Assembly (NCBI GenBank): GCA_010093995.1
Contig: ML992509.1
Coordinates: 666,178 to 730,177, forward strand
Direction: 5' to 3'
DNA from: Elsinoe ampelina
Lineage: Eukaryota
DNA length: 64,000 bases
The position numbers were made by a program, and so were the translations under genes. Shown piece after piece: positions 60,957-64,000 of this stretch; the first letter of the stretch is position 1, and each line of letters starts with the position of its first letter. The notes below the pieces were generated by a model. That model was not told the origin of the DNA. It worked only from the letters and a program-made list of their open reading frames with translations, and searched no databases.

Positions 60957-62060
60957 TCACTTCTTCGTCTTTCCTTCTTCTCCATCTTTCATCCTGGTCT
61001 TGTACTCTCGAGGCGTCTCAACCTTGCCTTGAGCCTTTGCTGAGCCGAATAATCGTGCCCACCAACCTCGCTCCTCCTTGCTCGCCCCCTTACCACCCCA
61101 CATACCCACTCCCTTCCTCTTCGCCTCCGCCTCAGCATCTCTGTACAGCTTCTCCATTTGCTCTCCCCCAAACTCGCTCCCAAACTTTGCCTCATACACA
61201 CCCGCCGCACCCTCCTCCAACATTTTCAACGCAACATCCGTCCTCCTCCTCCCTCTCACCAAGTTCCAGCTCCACCCCAGTACCCTCAACAACACCTCGA
61301 CCGGGCTCAATACCAGCCTCAACACAACCGGCGCCCTCTCCAACACCCCCGTCACGGGCCTAATCAACACCGGCATCGGCGTCCTCATATACACCCCCGC
61401 GACAACCCTCTCATACTGATCCCTCCGATACAAATACACCCTCACATACCTCCCCAGCACCAACGCCCTCAACATGTCCAAACTCTCCTGCCCATGCGGC
61501 TGACTCGGCCTCCCGAAATGGGCCAACTCCGGGGCATCCACCCCCGCGATCCTGACATGTATCGTGTCCAACTTCTGCGCCTTCTGCCCGGGCCCTGCCC
61601 CTGCGCCCGTCCCTCCCTTCGCCTGCGCCGCCACCCCCTGCCCTGGTCGCGGGAGCAAGTACCCTTTCCGCGAAGGCAACCAACCCCACCCCGCCAACCG
61701 TCCGCCGGGGGTGTGGAATAGCCGGAAGTTATCCCCGTCGCCGACGGATGGGACGTACCCGTACAGGGACCGCCGGCGCAGAAAGGATGGCGGGATGTGT
61801 GTCGCCGTGGGGATGCGGCGGAGGCGGGATTTGTAGAGGGTTATGCCTGTGAGGGAGAGGGTGGTGAGGAGGGCGGAAGGGAGGAGGATGTGGAGCGGGA
61901 GACCGGTGGTGGTGGAGTAGGATTCGAGGAGGGTGGTGAGGCGGGAGAGGGATGGGGGGAGGGAGGTAGAGGATGAGGGAGGGGAGGGGAGCGATGGGAG
62001 GGTTGGGGAGGAGTCGTTATTGGTGGTTTTGCGGGTCCAGATGTAGTCTGTCCATGGCAT
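60957..62060 (-). CDS. LCL3: Staphylococcal-nuclease-like endonuclease Lcl3
   Basis: LRRIP, VGDGDNFRLFHTPGGRLAGWGW, VRIAGVDAPE, RRDQYERVV, VYEAKFGSEFG, ETPREYK. Confidence 0.92.
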   Translation of the reverse strand: MPWTDYIWTRKTTNNDSSPTLPSLPSPPSSSTSLPPSLSRLTTLLESYSTTTGLPLHILLPSALLTTLSLTGITLYKSRLRRIPTATHIPPSFLRRRSLYGYVPSVGDGDNFRLFHTPGGRLAGWGWLPSRKGYLLPRPGQGVAAQAKGGTGAGAGPGQKAQKLDTIHVRIAGVDAPELAHFGRPSQPHGQESLDMLRALVLGRYVRVYLYRRDQYERVVAGVYMRTPMPVLIRPVTGVLERAPVVLRLVLSPVEVLLRVLGWSWNLVRGRRRTDVALKMLEEGAAGVYEAKFGSEFGGEQMEKLYRDAEAEAKRKGVGMWGGKGASKEERGWWARLFGSAKAQGKVETPREYKTRMKDGEEGKTKK

Positions 62061-64000
62061 TGCGGGAGTCGGGGCGGTGATGGAGAGGTGTAGGGTGACT
62101 ACGAGGCGGGGGAAAGATGCAATGGGTTGGACATCGGGGAAAAGGTCATGCGGTGGGTGGAGGTTGGCATGTGCCGCTAGCCGAATGGGGAAATGCTTCA
62201 CATCCGGGCTCTTTTGCAGCTATTACTCTTTGCTTTTGCAGTTGCTCTTCTCACATATGTGGCTACCGGGAATAAGATCCTGGTCGGTCTATCGACACTT
62301 ACAGAGATGGTGCTTCTGCAGTCTGATAGTGCTACTCTTGGCTGTTGTACGCGGTGACATCGCGCCTGCTTGGCCGCCCACCTTTGATCGAGCAGCTCTG
62401 TGGAAGGTGAGGGAGCTGGTCAAAGTCTCTTCCTATCATAATTGTCAAGTGTTATCCCAGTGTATCACTGTCTGGTACAAGACATCAAGCTCTCACATTG
62501 GCGTGGAATAGACTTTGACAGCATTGCTACTTTTCGGCTCGGCATCAAAGTAGAATCATGATAACGTGAACACAAACAAAACAGCAATCACGACCACATG
62601 CACATCACATATCACACCACTCATCACGCCCCGCATCGATGCGAGGCTTGTCTTTGGTTAAGGTCAGCCATGAAAAGCTTGCCACCCACCATGAAGTATG
62701 GGTCCTGATGAGCTTCCCTGCTTTGCTACTCTGCTTGAAAGATAGGATGGAGCAACCATAAATGACGTTGCAGGATTGCCTCGGTATCAGCGAGTCGGAT
62801 GGGACGGCCACAACATTTCAGGATCTCAAGGATGAGTATCATATGGGTAAATGACCAGGATGGTCAAAGTGGATTGCCACTTGATGGTCGGGGAGGGCTT
62901 TTCGCATGCAGGAGGGCTTGCATACAAAGGCAACAGCCAAGAATAGCATCAAGCAGGGCCAGGCCGTTGGAGGAAGACTTCGGGAGAGAAGTGACCGGAG
63001 ATGCATACAGCAGTAGATGCTGCTAGTACTTGCAGGCATGATTGGCGAGGATGTGAGCGTTGTACCTGAATGCTCGGATGATCAAGTCCATTCACCATCT
63101 TGCATGATTCGTTACAGATGGAGCCACTGCAGACAAACACCACCAGCAGGACTTGCATTGCTTGCAGTCCTATGATGGCTAGATGCATGCCTCAGGGTTG
63201 GTGGCTTCATCTCGCAGGGATCAAGAGCCGTCACTCAAATGTCAAATAGATGGACATGACAGCGTCGCATCGTACGCTAACAGGGATGATGAGGTAACGA
63301 GCAACAGAGCACAGCAGTGGCAAGGGGGCGGGAAGACCAGTCGCAGGCTCTGTCTCAGCATTGAGACGCCCGGGCCTTCCTTCGAGGGTTTTCCGTCCTC
63401 TTTCCAACCTCAAGCGATGCCCGCGACCTTGCTTTTTGTGTCTGGCACAACGCCGCCACAAGTTTATCCCCAAACAAAGCCTGGCCGTGAGGCCCTGGGA
63501 ATCTCCTTTTCGATGCCGCAGCCCATGCCCATCATCCAGATCTGTACCCACTTGGTGCCTCGATCACGACCCACAAGGCAGACGCCCTGTCGAGATGCCT
63601 CGGTCTATTTACGTCCTACTTAACAACGGTTCGTGCGAACGACTGCTCGTACCTGCATCTGCGGCAGAGTTACCATTCGATTAGATTGGTATGACAGGAT
63701 GTTTCCGCACGGGGCATCGTTTCTTGATCTTCAGGCCCTTGGGCGGGAGTCACCGTCTCCTGCATCCTACAGATCAAGCGCGTCGACCTGCTTCGCTGAC
63801 AGCCATCTAGCATTGGCATGCATCCTGGAGGTCAAGGACTGAGTCCGGAAGCCTCAAGCGTGCTCGGGAGGCGCCGATAGCAAGTGCTTGTCACCTTGGC
63901 AGGTCGATCTCTTGTATCCGGGAGTCTTGCCCGGACCTCTGCAGATTGTATCCCAATATATCCTCACTATGAAACACCTACTAGTCCGCTCAACCACATG

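Noticed and set aside
62200..64000. Short ORFs at the window end (also 50400-52100 and 16400-17230)
   Set aside because: No coherent exon structure or domain recognised.
1..64000. Transposons, RIP-degraded AT-rich blocks, tRNA/rRNA, CRISPR
   Set aside because: No transposase or RT motifs, LTR/TIR pairs, AT-rich tracts, cloverleaf-compatible segments or repeat-spacer arrays seen by eye. tRNAscan-SE and Rfam scans would be needed to exclude small RNAs.

Overview
Gene-dense eukaryotic DNA from a filamentous ascomycete. It is Pezizomycotina by gene content and short GT-AG introns with CTRAY branch points; Dothideomycetes is only a guess. About 30 protein-coding genes can be supported, mostly housekeeping: AFG1, TIF35, SEN15, teaR, SSO1, UPF1, IMP4, gamma-tubulin, IDO, SAP190, TVP23, VTA1, MPD1, ZRC1, LCL3, two MFS transporters, a secreted GH1, a GprM-like GPCR and one NACHT/NLR gene. 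I see no transposon, tRNA/rRNA or CRISPR. The strongest unexplained signal is about 13 localized ~1 kb domains where the top strand switches sharply from C/A-rich to G/T-rich; from ~15 kb onward they recur every ~6-10 kb and rewrite synonymous codons and introns. Other points of interest: an in-frame TGA at a conserved Trp in an otherwise intact NmrA gene, a predicted alternative C-terminus of SAP190, a divergent PB1-less NoxR/p67phox-like protein, an NLR with an amyloid-like N-terminal motif, and a repeated CTGGTAG-N16-CTACCAG dyad. All family calls come from motif recognition, not database searches. Exon boundaries were read by eye.
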